Below, one piece after another: positions 43,002-52,324 of a stretch of DNA of 64,000 bases. This stretch comes from a virus. A program made the translations under genes and the position numbers. The first letter of the stretch is position 1; each line of letters opens with the position of its first letter. Where the stretch lies: positions 17,705-81,704 of IMG/VR virus record IMGVR_UViG_3300042564_005549. One strand, given 5' to 3'. The notes beneath the pieces were generated by a model. The model was not told the DNA's origin, searched no databases, and saw nothing but the letters and a program-made list of their open reading frames with translations.

Positions 43002-43961
43002 ATGAAATTACTTAAAGTAGGTTACAAGGTAATTGATTATTCAATAATCAAGGAACTTTATTATTACGTAACCAAAGAGTATTTTTTACGTGAACCAAAA
43101 TTATTTGAGTCACTAAAAATAAAGAATGGTGGTGATAAAAAGAATGCCACGTATGTTGAAGTAATCAAAGGTGATAAAGATAGTTTCTTCGATTTAACAC
43201 CTAACAGAAAAGATGAATGGGATTCAATTATCGATTATCTAAACGATAAATACAAGTCCCATATCAAACCGCCGAAAGAAGAGTCTTTTGATGATGAGGA
43301 TAAGAGGGTTAAGTTTTTTAAAAACCTAAATAAAAACGCCAAACCAGAATCAATCTTAGGAAGACTTTTACATTTCAATCCAATTAATGAGGATGGTGTT
43401 AGTGAGTTACTGACATTCGATGAACTAAAAAAACACCCTGATTTTGGTAAAACAAATAAAGATGATAGTTGTATTCCAAATAACGGAACGGGATGGAATA
43501 GGACAGTTGGGAAGTATTTTAAGTTCACATTAGTAAGAGATAAAGGAAAAACAACCGCATTTAAATTTGATGGGTATAATTTTGATTATTCTCACAAAAA
43601 TCGATATATTCGTAAAGATATACGAAAGGCATTAGAACACAGTAGATGTGCTCATTGTGGTGTGAAAGGTAAGAAGATGGAAATCGACCACAAAAATGGT
43701 AGATACAATGACGATAATGTGTTGAGTTCAGATACTCAAAACCTATCCGATTTTCAACCATTGTGTGGTAATTGTAATAAATTAAAAAGAAGTGCTTGTA
43801 AAAAGTGTAAAGAGACGGGACTTAGATATGACGCACAATTCTTAGGTTATCCGTTTTCACAATTAGATGGTGACGCCGTTTATAACGATGATTTAGGTTG
43901 TTCCGGTTGTTACCTTTTTGATTGTATGGTTTGGAAATTCAGTTGCGTAAAAAATATTTAA
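43002..43961 (+). CDS. HNH endonuclease of the IceA/NlaIII restriction family with N-terminal extension
   Basis: P..DG.S, NG..W.R, IRKDI, EIDHK.GR, Q..SDFQPLC...N..KR..CK.CKETG.R and GC.GCY..D match the IceA1/NlaIII pattern. Confidence 0.8.
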   Translation: MKLLKVGYKVIDYSIIKELYYYVTKEYFLREPKLFESLKIKNGGDKKNATYVEVIKGDKDSFFDLTPNRKDEWDSIIDYLNDKYKSHIKPPKEESFDDEDKRVKFFKNLNKNAKPESILGRLLHFNPINEDGVSELLTFDELKKHPDFGKTNKDDSCIPNNGTGWNRTVGKYFKFTLVRDKGKTTAFKFDGYNFDYSHKNRYIRKDIRKALEHSRCAHCGVKGKKMEIDHKNGRYNDDNVLSSDTQNLSDFQPLCGNCNKLKRSACKKCKETGLRYDAQFLGYPFSQLDGDAVYNDDLGCSGCYLFDCMVWKFSCVKNI

Positions 43962-43962
43962 T

Positions 43963-46299
43963 ATGGCAAATCCTTTTATAAAAGTAGAGTGGGAAGATAC
44001 ACCAGAAAATCTTACCCAAGAAAGAATCAAGAGAGTTAAAAGTTATTTCGAAAAGAAGTACAACTCCACCAGTGTTAAAATCATAACCAAGATATCCACA
44101 AACACACTTAATACACAATTAAGAACACTTGAGGCAACTGATAGTATTTTAGACCATCAGTATCAGAAGAAAATTGTTAAAGAATTTGTTACTGAAAACG
44201 ACCTTAACGTTAAGTGGGATTTACTTAATAGATTGGACGATAAAGTTAACGGTGAGATTGATAAATTAAATCAAAATAAAGTACGTTACAATAAATGGTT
44301 CATAAAGAAAATAGAGTTTTCTAATTTCTTATCATTTGGTGAAGACAATGTAATTGAATTTGAGAACTTAGATGGTATTACTGTTATTGAATCAACCCCA
44401 AGAAACTTTGGAGGTAAGTCTACCGCAACTGTTGACCTACTAATGTTCTTGTTCTTCAACGCAACCACAAAAACAAAAACCAATATTGAGGTATTCAATA
44501 AGTTTTCAGATAAAGACGAGGTAAAAGTAAAAGGATATGTGACAATTGACGGAGATAGTTACATCATATCAAGAACAATTACGAGAAAGAAAACAAAGGT
44601 TGGAGAATATAACGTTAAGAGTGATTTGGAATTCTTCAAAGTAACTGAAGACGGTACAATATCAAACTTATCGGGAGAACAAAGAAGAGAAACTGAAACA
44701 TTTATTGCATCTGCGATTGGTAGTCAAGAAGATTTTTTATCAACGATATTAACAACCGGTTATAACTTAGAAGAACTAATTGAATCTAAACCAACCGCAA
44801 GAGGTCAGATTCTTACAAAGTTTTTAGGGTTAGAAAGTTTAAAACAAAAAGAAGACATCTGTAAAGAGATGTATAATGACTGGTCTAAAAAATTAATTTC
44901 AAATACTCATAACGTAAAAGACTTAGAAGATACTAATGAAACTTTAACGGAGAGTATCGGTAATTCTGAAAATGAGATTTTAAGACTAACCGAAGTATTA
45001 TCCGATACTGAAAGGGCACTTACGATGTTGGAGGAAAGGAGAGACAATGCACTTAGTTCTAAAAATAACGATGTTGACCAAGAACTAATAAGAACTAACC
45101 CAACATTGTTGAAAGGTGAGATTGATGCATTAATACTTAAAAGGAATCAAAGTAAATCAAGTGCTGATAGTGTTGACCTTAAAGAACCATCGAAGTATTA
45201 TCACGAAGATGAACATAAAGAGTTGAGAGGTCAAATGGCGGACCTACAGGGCATTGAGTTCGCATACAAATATGAAAAAACTGAAAAGGAAAAGTTAATC
45301 AAACAATTAACAGAAGGAACAATTTGTCCTACTTGTAATAGAGCGTTGGATGAGGTTGACCATACTGAAGAAATTGAAAAGATTAAAAAAGAAATTGAGG
45401 ACATCATAAAAAACATTGAAACCAATAAATCTGAATTTGATAAATTAAAAGTTAAGTCAGATGAATTGGATTCTTTAAAAAGTGAGTTCGACAATTATGA
45501 AAGAGATAAACTTCGTAAAGCGAGATATGAATTGGAAGTTGAGCAAAGACAACTTGAGATTGATTCAAAACAGTCAAAATTAACTAACTACGATAATAAC
45601 AAAAAGAAATTAGAACACAACCAAAGAATTGATTCAGAAGTTGTTGCTTTAAGGACTAAGATTGAAACTGCAAACGCCGATATCCGTATCACTAATCAGT
45701 CAATCGAAAAACACAAGAATAATATCACCACGTCAAAAGAAAAGATTGGGGTTAATAACGATTTAATTACAAAAATTAAATCCGAAGAAGAATTGATTTA
45801 CGTGTTCAAAACATATCTAACCATATTTGGTAAGAATGGTATTTCTAAAGTTATTATTAAAAATATGATTCCATTATTAAATCAGGAGTTGTATCGATTA
45901 TTATCTGACAGTTGCTACTTTACATTGGAGTTAAACATTAATGATAAGAATGAATTAGAATTCTTAATGATTGATAATGAAACTAGAGTTGTTAAATCAT
46001 TATCGAGTGGTTCAGGTTACGAAAGAACCATCTCATCATTGGCTATCAGAAGTGTATTGACTAAGATATCATCATTACCTAAACCTAACATTGTGGTTAT
46101 GGATGAGGTCTTCGGTAAAATTGCCGACGACAATCTCGAAATGGTAGGGGAATTCTTTAAGAAAATCAAAAATTATTTTGAACATATATTAGTAATTTCT
46201 CATAACCCATTAATAAGAAACTGGTCGGACAATATCATTATGGTTAAAAAAGATGAAAATATATCCTCAGTTGAATATATTAACACCAAAATTTCTTAA
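43963..46299 (+). CDS. sbcC: Rad50/SbcC-like ATPase (gp46-like) with ~110-aa N-terminal extension
   Basis: IEFSNFLSFG, N.GGKST, coiled coil with CPTC zinc hook, SGSGYE signature, MDEVF and ISH. Confidence 0.9.
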   Translation: MANPFIKVEWEDTPENLTQERIKRVKSYFEKKYNSTSVKIITKISTNTLNTQLRTLEATDSILDHQYQKKIVKEFVTENDLNVKWDLLNRLDDKVNGEIDKLNQNKVRYNKWFIKKIEFSNFLSFGEDNVIEFENLDGITVIESTPRNFGGKSTATVDLLMFLFFNATTKTKTNIEVFNKFSDKDEVKVKGYVTIDGDSYIISRTITRKKTKVGEYNVKSDLEFFKVTEDGTISNLSGEQRRETETFIASAIGSQEDFLSTILTTGYNLEELIESKPTARGQILTKFLGLESLKQKEDICKEMYNDWSKKLISNTHNVKDLEDTNETLTESIGNSENEILRLTEVLSDTERALTMLEERRDNALSSKNNDVDQELIRTNPTLLKGEIDALILKRNQSKSSADSVDLKEPSKYYHEDEHKELRGQMADLQGIEFAYKYEKTEKEKLIKQLTEGTICPTCNRALDEVDHTEEIEKIKKEIEDIIKNIETNKSEFDKLKVKSDELDSLKSEFDNYERDKLRKARYELEVEQRQLEIDSKQSKLTNYDNNKKKLEHNQRIDSEVVALRTKIETANADIRITNQSIEKHKNNITTSKEKIGVNNDLITKIKSEEELIYVFKTYLTIFGKNGISKVIIKNMIPLLNQELYRLLSDSCYFTLELNINDKNELEFLMIDNETRVVKSLSSGSGYERTISSLAIRSVLTKISSLPKPNIVVMDEVFGKIADDNLEMVGEFFKKIKNYFEHILVISHNPLIRNWSDNIIMVKKDENISSVEYINTKIS

Positions 46300-46338
46300 T
46301 TTCGTTTATATTTTGTAACTTTATCCAAAACACTTATT

Positions 46339-47016
46339 ATGACCGCAAAGGAATACAACAGCTTTGGTCTATACGCTAAAGACCGTGGAATTAGCTCATT
46401 AACCTTACATAATTTCAACAAAGGTATTGAGAATAGTTTAACTCCATATATCTTGGAGGAAAGACAAATGAATGTAACTGCAATGGACGTTTTCTCTCGT
46501 TTGATGATGGAACGTATCATTTGGGTTGCTGGTGAGGTTAACGACCATATGTCAACAGTCGTACAGGCTCAGTTGATGTTCTTGGATAGTATTGACCACA
46601 ACGACATCACGATGCATATTGATAGTCCGGGTGGTTCTGTTAAATCAGGACTATCAATGGTAAATGTTATGGATTACATCAAATCTGACATCAGAACTAT
46701 TTGTACGGGTATGGCGGCGTCTATGGGTTCAGTACTATTAGGTGCAGGAACTAAAGGTAAACGTAGTTCATTGGAAGATTCTGAAATTATGTTACACCAA
46801 TCATCAGGTGGAGCGGTTGGGAATATCCAAGACGCTGAAATCACTATGGTTTGGTGGAAAAGAAAAAATGATAGATTATTTGAACTTTTGGGTGAATATT
46901 GTGGGAAGACCGCAGAACAGGTTAAAAACGACGCCTCGAGGGATTTATGGTTATCTGCTCAAGGAGCTCTCGATTACGGACTAATCGATGAGGTAGTTAA
47001 AAAGAAACAAAAGTAA
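46339..47016 (+). CDS. clpP: ATP-dependent Clp protease proteolytic subunit
   Basis: DVFSRL..ERII, SPGGSV, AASMG (Ser), MLHQ (His) and RD.WL (Asp). Confidence 0.95.
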   Translation: MTAKEYNSFGLYAKDRGISSLTLHNFNKGIENSLTPYILEERQMNVTAMDVFSRLMMERIIWVAGEVNDHMSTVVQAQLMFLDSIDHNDITMHIDSPGGSVKSGLSMVNVMDYIKSDIRTICTGMAASMGSVLLGAGTKGKRSSLEDSEIMLHQSSGGAVGNIQDAEITMVWWKRKNDRLFELLGEYCGKTAEQVKNDASRDLWLSAQGALDYGLIDEVVKKKQK

Positions 47017-47021
47017 GATAA

Positions 47022-47045
47022 AAGGGGACTAAATGTCCCCTTCTT
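47022..47045 (+). terminator. Hairpin, probable terminator
   Basis: aaggggac/gtcccctt stem after clpP; short U-tract. Confidence 0.55.
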
Positions 47046-47068
47046 CATATTTATAAGAAAACCCAAAT

Positions 47069-47413
47069 ATGAAGATTAATAAGACCGACATTCTATTGAT
47101 TTTGATTGTATTCCTGGCGGGGTATAGTATCTTCCAAATGAAAGGTATTAAAACTGACGTTGCAGGATACAATGCAAAGATTGATTCAATCCAAAATGAG
47201 ATTGATTCGGTTCAGTTGGAAAATGTAAAAATAACTGAACAAATTACTACAATTGATAAGGAAATTGATGTAGTAGATAAGAACATAAATAATGTTACAA
47301 AAAACATTACAATTATTAAAAAACAAACCGATGAAAAAATTGATTCTGTTAACAATTATAACTTTAGTGACCTTGAAAAGTTTTTCACAGACCGTTACAA
47401 AGACCAACATTGA
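47069..47413 (+). CDS. Membrane-anchored coiled-coil protein (i-spanin-like architecture)
   Basis: N-terminal TM helix followed by a coiled coil; TATTTAT upstream. Confidence 0.65.
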   Translation: MKINKTDILLILIVFLAGYSIFQMKGIKTDVAGYNAKIDSIQNEIDSVQLENVKITEQITTIDKEIDVVDKNINNVTKNITIIKKQTDEKIDSVNNYNFSDLEKFFTDRYKDQH

Positions 47414-47747
47414 TACTATAGTTCCGTTAAAAGTACCGGTTGCAAAATTGGTAATTAAAGACCTAATCAAAGGAGATGGTGCAGTTGTAGAAATCAAGGA
47501 ATTAAATAAAGTTATCGGACTTAAAGACGAACAATTAAACTTGTTCAAACAAAAAGATACACTTAAAGACCAAAAGATTTCTAACCTTGAATTGATTATC
47601 ACTAAAAAGGATGAACAATTTGGTTTAGAACGAGCTAAATCTGAAAGTTTATTAAAAGAACTTAAAGGACAAAGAAGAAAGACATTTTTATATAAGGTAG
47701 GTTCTTTTGTTGGTATAATTGCAACATCAGCATTATTATTAAAATAA
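47331..47747 (+). CDS. Secreted coiled-coil protein with C-terminal hydrophobic helix
   Basis: MKKLILLTIITLVTLKSFS|Q signal peptide from ATG 47331; overlaps the upstream gene by 83 nt. Confidence 0.65.
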   Translation: MKKLILLTIITLVTLKSFSQTVTKTNIDTIVPLKVPVAKLVIKDLIKGDGAVVEIKELNKVIGLKDEQLNLFKQKDTLKDQKISNLELIITKKDEQFGLERAKSESLLKELKGQRRKTFLYKVGSFVGIIATSALLLK

Positions 47748-47748
47748 A

Positions 47749-48390
47749 ATGAAGAAATATCTCGATATTAGAAATATTGTAATTGTCATTTTAATACTCA
47801 TAGCCCTTTTGGAATTCTTAAATCCAAAAGGGTTTATGCCTAATAGAACTAAGTTAGTTGTACAAACAGATTCAATACCATATGCAGTTCACGACACCAT
47901 CCCTGAAGAAGTTGAGGTTGAAGTGGAAGTTGAAGTGCCGGTTGAAGTAGAAGTTGAAAGAAGAGTAGAAGTACCCGTGATTCAACAAGTCGACACTACT
48001 GAAATACTAAAAATATATTTTGCAAAAGTTCCACATAAAGAGGTCCTAACATTACCAAATAATCAGGGTACAGTTACTATTACAGATACTATATCTAAAA
48101 ATAGTGTAGTGAATAGAAAGTTTATTGCTGACGTTAAGAAGATGATTATAAACGACACCATTTATACTCCTGAACCTCGTAAAACACAACTTTATCTTGG
48201 TTTTGATGCTAAGTTTGATAAACCAAACGTAGTTAACTTGATGGGGTTGGGAATGGTACTAAAAACCAAAGATGAGAAGTTATATAAAATTGGTGTCGGG
48301 TTAGCGAATAATGTAACTGATGGTACAAATGGTAAACTTTCTCCGTATCTTGGTGGTGGTGTATATTGGAAAGTTAGACTAAAAAAGTAA
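47749..48390 (+). CDS. Membrane-anchored protein with EV repeats and C-terminal beta strands
   Basis: N-terminal TM helix, EVEVEVEVPVEVE and C-terminal YLGGGVYWK. Confidence 0.65.
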   Translation: MKKYLDIRNIVIVILILIALLEFLNPKGFMPNRTKLVVQTDSIPYAVHDTIPEEVEVEVEVEVPVEVEVERRVEVPVIQQVDTTEILKIYFAKVPHKEVLTLPNNQGTVTITDTISKNSVVNRKFIADVKKMIINDTIYTPEPRKTQLYLGFDAKFDKPNVVNLMGLGMVLKTKDEKLYKIGVGLANNVTDGTNGKLSPYLGGGVYWKVRLKK

Positions 48391-48407
48391 AACATTTATT
48401 AATTTAT

Positions 48408-48863
48408 ATGAATACGTACATTTTATTCATATACGGTAATTTTGAAGACCGAGAGGATATCGAATTTTTCTGCGCGGAAGTGTTTCCGAGTGAATCAATA
48501 GTTTCCGTTAAGTATATAATTGAAAATAATCAGAACATTATTATTATATTTGATTCAGATAAAGAAAAAATGGAATTGGCAAAAGAACTTTTTTCATTTT
48601 TAACTCCTGAACATATTAAATTTTATTTTCTTTTTGAGAGGGAAAAATTAGTTACCGCCCACATACCTGAGAGTATGAAGGATTTTATTTTTAAACCGGC
48701 GGAACTTGACGAAATAAATGTTATGAAAATAGACTTTCACAGAACCTCAAAAGAAGACCCCCCATCCTTTAGTCTTGATGACATATTAGAAAAAATTGAA
48801 TCTATGGGGGTTTCAAGTTTGACCCCCGAGGAAAAAAATTTTCTTGATAATTTTGAAAATTAA
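48408..48863 (+). CDS. Hypothetical protein with C-terminal DUF6576-like helix pair
   Basis: LDDILEKI...G..SLT.EEK.FL motif. Confidence 0.6.
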   Translation: MNTYILFIYGNFEDREDIEFFCAEVFPSESIVSVKYIIENNQNIIIIFDSDKEKMELAKELFSFLTPEHIKFYFLFEREKLVTAHIPESMKDFIFKPAELDEINVMKIDFHRTSKEDPPSFSLDDILEKIESMGVSSLTPEEKNFLDNFEN

Positions 48864-48904
48864 AAAAATTTGCGTATCTTTAGAGTATCTAAACTTACTA
48901 ACAA

Positions 48905-49714
48905 ATGCGCAAAAAACACATCATCATCAACACGGAGGAGATACAACAGTATCTTAAAGATTTAAAGAAAATCCCTGTTATTACTCATCAAAGACAAGAT
49001 GAAATTTTTGAACAATTAATCAAAAACGAACTTCCAAAAAAAGATTTGGAGGGTATGAAAGAAGAATTAGTTGTAGGAAATTTAAGATTTGTAGTATCAG
49101 TTGCGAAGTCTTATCAGAATCAAGGATTAGATTTACTCGATTTAATTTCAGAAGGTAACATTGGCTTATTAAAGGCTATTGAAAGATTTGACCCCACATC
49201 GGGAGTTAAGTTTATTTCGTATGCCGTATGGTGGGTGAAACAATCAATTATGGCATCACTTAACGAGTATGCAAGAACGATTAGAATTCCTTCAAACCTT
49301 GTACAAGAAGCACAGAAAGCTAAGAAAGAATTTAGCGATGAGGAAAGTTACTACATCAAATATAGTGACGAACCAAACGGAACTAGTTTACCGTATTGTG
49401 TTGGGTTGTATGATGAGATTAATGAAGAGGGAGACCAACTAATCGATATCATCAGAAATCCAAACGAAGAGAATCCTGAAAATATTCTTAATACAAAAGA
49501 AGAAATCCGTAAACGAGTTAATCGTGTTTTGAGCGTGTTAGATGATAGAGAAAAAGTAATTATTGAGAAGTACTTTGGGTTGAATGGTGTTGAATCCAAC
49601 TTAGAAGACCTCGGAGAAGAATTTAATTGTACTAAAGAACGTATTAGACAACTTAAAGATAAAGCAATAAAAAAATTGAGAAACGAGAGTTATTCTCTAA
49701 TAAACTATTTATAA
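48905..49714 (+). CDS. RNA polymerase sigma70 factor (Bacteroidota RpoD-like, no region 1.1)
   Basis: NLRFVVSVAK.YQNQG, DLISEGNIGL.KA.ERFD, KFISYAVWW and region 4 ERIRQ...KA..KL. Confidence 0.92.
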   Translation: MRKKHIIINTEEIQQYLKDLKKIPVITHQRQDEIFEQLIKNELPKKDLEGMKEELVVGNLRFVVSVAKSYQNQGLDLLDLISEGNIGLLKAIERFDPTSGVKFISYAVWWVKQSIMASLNEYARTIRIPSNLVQEAQKAKKEFSDEESYYIKYSDEPNGTSLPYCVGLYDEINEEGDQLIDIIRNPNEENPENILNTKEEIRKRVNRVLSVLDDREKVIIEKYFGLNGVESNLEDLGEEFNCTKERIRQLKDKAIKKLRNESYSLINYL

Positions 49715-49723
49715 AAAGAAATT

Positions 49724-50002
49724 ATGAAAAAATTTTTAGAACAAAACTTTACCATAATCATATTGGTAATTGCGGTATTAACATTTTTTAAAAGCTGTAG
49801 TGATAGTCGAGAATTGTCAAAAGTAAGAAAAGACATTCAAGCTATTAAAGATTCAACTTATACAAAGGATGAACTAAACCAAGAATTAAAAATTATGGGT
49901 TTAGAGGCTGAGAAAAGAATGATTCAAGCAACGGATAGAAAAATATTAGACGTTCAAAGACAAACTCAAATTGAGGAAGAAATAAAGAAATTAAGAAAAT
50001 AG
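49724..50002 (+). CDS. Small membrane-anchored or lipoprotein coiled-coil protein
   Basis: Hydrophobic N-terminus ending FKSC, then a coiled coil. Confidence 0.6.
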   Translation: MKKFLEQNFTIIILVIAVLTFFKSCSDSRELSKVRKDIQAIKDSTYTKDELNQELKIMGLEAEKRMIQATDRKILDVQRQTQIEEEIKKLRK

Positions 50003-50005
50003 TAA

Positions 50006-51493
50006 ATGAAGAATTGGATTAATAAAAATTATAAAACTTTAATCATTGCGGCGTTTTTGATACCAATCATTACCGTGGCAATCGTTTCAATTTCACACGT
50101 AACTAAATGGTATGGTATTTCCAATCCGGTAACTTGGGCGGTATACTTATCCATCGGTGTTGAGATTGCGGCATTATCTGCGTTAGCAGCAATATCTGCC
50201 AATATGGGTAAAAAAGTATATTTCCCATTTATGATTGTAACCATAATCCAATTCATCGGTAATATCTTTTTTGCTTATTCATATATTGATGTGAACGGTC
50301 AATCATTTAGAGATTGGGTTGGTTTAGTTTCACCATTGGTTGAATTTATGGGTGTTGAACCTACTGACTTTATTGGACATAAAAGATTTTTAGCATTTTT
50401 TGCAGGTGGTATGTTACCAATCATTTCATTATCATTCCTTCATATGTTAGTTAAGTTTACTGAAGAGGATAGAATGAAGGGTGTTGAAGATGTTAAGGAA
50501 GAAATAGACCCAAGTGAAATCGCAAGAGTTCATTTATCTGAGAACGACCTTAAGAAACTTGAAGAGGTGTTATTAAATCCACCATCACCAAATGAAGCAT
50601 TGATTAATGCAGCCCAAAAATATAAAGAACTAACCGACGAGGAGATTTTAAAAAAGGCGGAACAAATTAAACTACAAAGAACTTGGGACATTGTTACAAA
50701 AATAACTCAAGATAGAGAAGAAAAGTTTGGTCCAATGAATCCTGAAGACGAACCGGTCGGAGCTTTGGCTAATAGTGAGTATAGAGAAAAGGAGGAACAG
50801 AGAGAAGCGTTGGTTGAAATTATGAAACTTGACCAAGAGTTAGGTCTTTATGATGAACCATTTGATAATCCAATGATTAAGGAAGAACCAAAACCAATTG
50901 ATGATGATATTTCAGATTGGGACTCAACTCTAATGGATGGATTAGAAGAGGAAGAATTTTCCACAATAGAACCAACAGAAGAGGAAGAAAGTCAAAATTT
51001 TTCCACTATAACCCCTGAATCGACAAATATTTTCCAAGATGAGTATGTTCCATCATTATCTGACGAAGAAATAATGGAAATGAATCAAGATGAGTTTGAA
51101 AGAAAGCTTGATATGGATGATTTCATTACCGAAGCAATAAATGAATTCAACCAATCAACTATCGAAGAGGAAGGTTGGACTGAAGAAATTCAAGAACAAT
51201 ACTGGGAAAATGAAAGTAACGAACATATCCCACCAACGATTGAGGAACCACAACCTTTTGATATTTCAGTTGATATTGTAAAAGATGATGAACCTGTTTA
51301 TCAATCAGATAATAAAGAAATTGATGACATTAATCAAATAATGAATGATGTTATCAATGCAGTAAACATACCACCAATCGTTGAAGAGATTCAAGTCTCA
51401 AACGAGTGGATGGAACCAACCACAGAACAAATTGATATCCCTTCCGAAGTTAACGAAGAAGAGGAGTTAAAAAAAAAAGTTCAGAAAAGTTAG
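50006..51493 (+). CDS. Multi-TM membrane protein with long acidic tail
   Basis: About four N-terminal hydrophobic helices and an E/D-rich C-terminal region; ends just after an A10 run. Confidence 0.7.
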   Translation: MKNWINKNYKTLIIAAFLIPIITVAIVSISHVTKWYGISNPVTWAVYLSIGVEIAALSALAAISANMGKKVYFPFMIVTIIQFIGNIFFAYSYIDVNGQSFRDWVGLVSPLVEFMGVEPTDFIGHKRFLAFFAGGMLPIISLSFLHMLVKFTEEDRMKGVEDVKEEIDPSEIARVHLSENDLKKLEEVLLNPPSPNEALINAAQKYKELTDEEILKKAEQIKLQRTWDIVTKITQDREEKFGPMNPEDEPVGALANSEYREKEEQREALVEIMKLDQELGLYDEPFDNPMIKEEPKPIDDDISDWDSTLMDGLEEEEFSTIEPTEEEESQNFSTITPESTNIFQDEYVPSLSDEEIMEMNQDEFERKLDMDDFITEAINEFNQSTIEEEGWTEEIQEQYWENESNEHIPPTIEEPQPFDISVDIVKDDEPVYQSDNKEIDDINQIMNDVINAVNIPPIVEEIQVSNEWMEPTTEQIDIPSEVNEEEELKKKVQKS

Positions 51494-51741
51494 AAGAAGG
51501 GTCGGAAACCACATTTTTATCGACACCATCCCCTACGACCTTGGAGGAATTTGAGTCTGATGAACTTTATTTAGAGTCAGACGATGAAAATCCTTTACAA
51601 ATAATATACGATTTAGATAACGATAAGGTCATCGTACCAACATCAGACGAAGAGTCTGTGATTGAGGAGCAAACGCTAAATCCAGCAAGAAAAACATTTA
51701 GAAGGAATGTTGGAAATTCAAGACGTAGAAATTCTCGATAA
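51469..51741 (+). CDS. Probable -1 frameshift extension of the 50006 gene
   Basis: The -1 frame is open from the A10 run to TAA 51739-51741 and has the same acidic composition; it has only a TTG start of its own. Confidence 0.5.
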   Translation, partial: KKKSSEKLEEGSETTFLSTPSPTTLEEFESDELYLESDDENPLQIIYDLDNDKVIVPTSDEESVIEEQTLNPARKTFRRNVGNSRRRNSR

Positions 51742-52324
51742 GGAAAATCTTAATATAGTCAAAAAACGTAGTAAAAAAACCCAAATCTTATTATATGACA
51801 CCCAAAGACGGGTGGATAATTTCATCTCGAAATTAAAATATAGAAGAAACGGTAAGTACGAGAATATCCCACACTTCGTTATAACCAAAATGGGGGTGGT
51901 TTACCAACTGTTTGATACAAAGTATAGCTCCAATACTTTTAACGACCCTAATACCGATAAGAAACAGATTAAGATAGCTATTGAGAATCTTGGATGGTTG
52001 AATAAAAACACCATAACCGGATTTCTCAATAATTGGATTGGGGACCCTTATAGGTCAGAACCTCATATTCGTAATTGGAGAAACCATTATTTTTGGGACA
52101 AGTACACGGATGAACAAAAATCCTCCCTTGTCAAACTATGTTCCCTCCTATGTGAGGAACACAAAATTCCATACCACACCGTACCGTCGCAGGGTTATAT
52201 TGAAAACTTAACAAAATTCAGGGGAATTGTATGTAAATCCAACTTTCTGAATATTTATACAGATATAAACCCATCATTCGATTTTAGAATATTTTATAGC
52301 GATGCAAAACAAAACAACAAATAG
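51707..52324 (+). CDS. N-acetylmuramoyl-L-alanine amidase-like protein (Amidase_2 fold, Zn ligands apparently degenerate)
   Basis: HFVI...G.VYQL, IAIEN.G, YT.EQ..SL..L and D..P motifs; the His ligand positions read Y and K. Confidence 0.7.
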   Translation: MLEIQDVEILDKENLNIVKKRSKKTQILLYDTQRRVDNFISKLKYRRNGKYENIPHFVITKMGVVYQLFDTKYSSNTFNDPNTDKKQIKIAIENLGWLNKNTITGFLNNWIGDPYRSEPHIRNWRNHYFWDKYTDEQKSSLVKLCSLLCEEHKIPYHTVPSQGYIENLTKFRGIVCKSNFLNIYTDINPSFDFRIFYSDAKQNNK

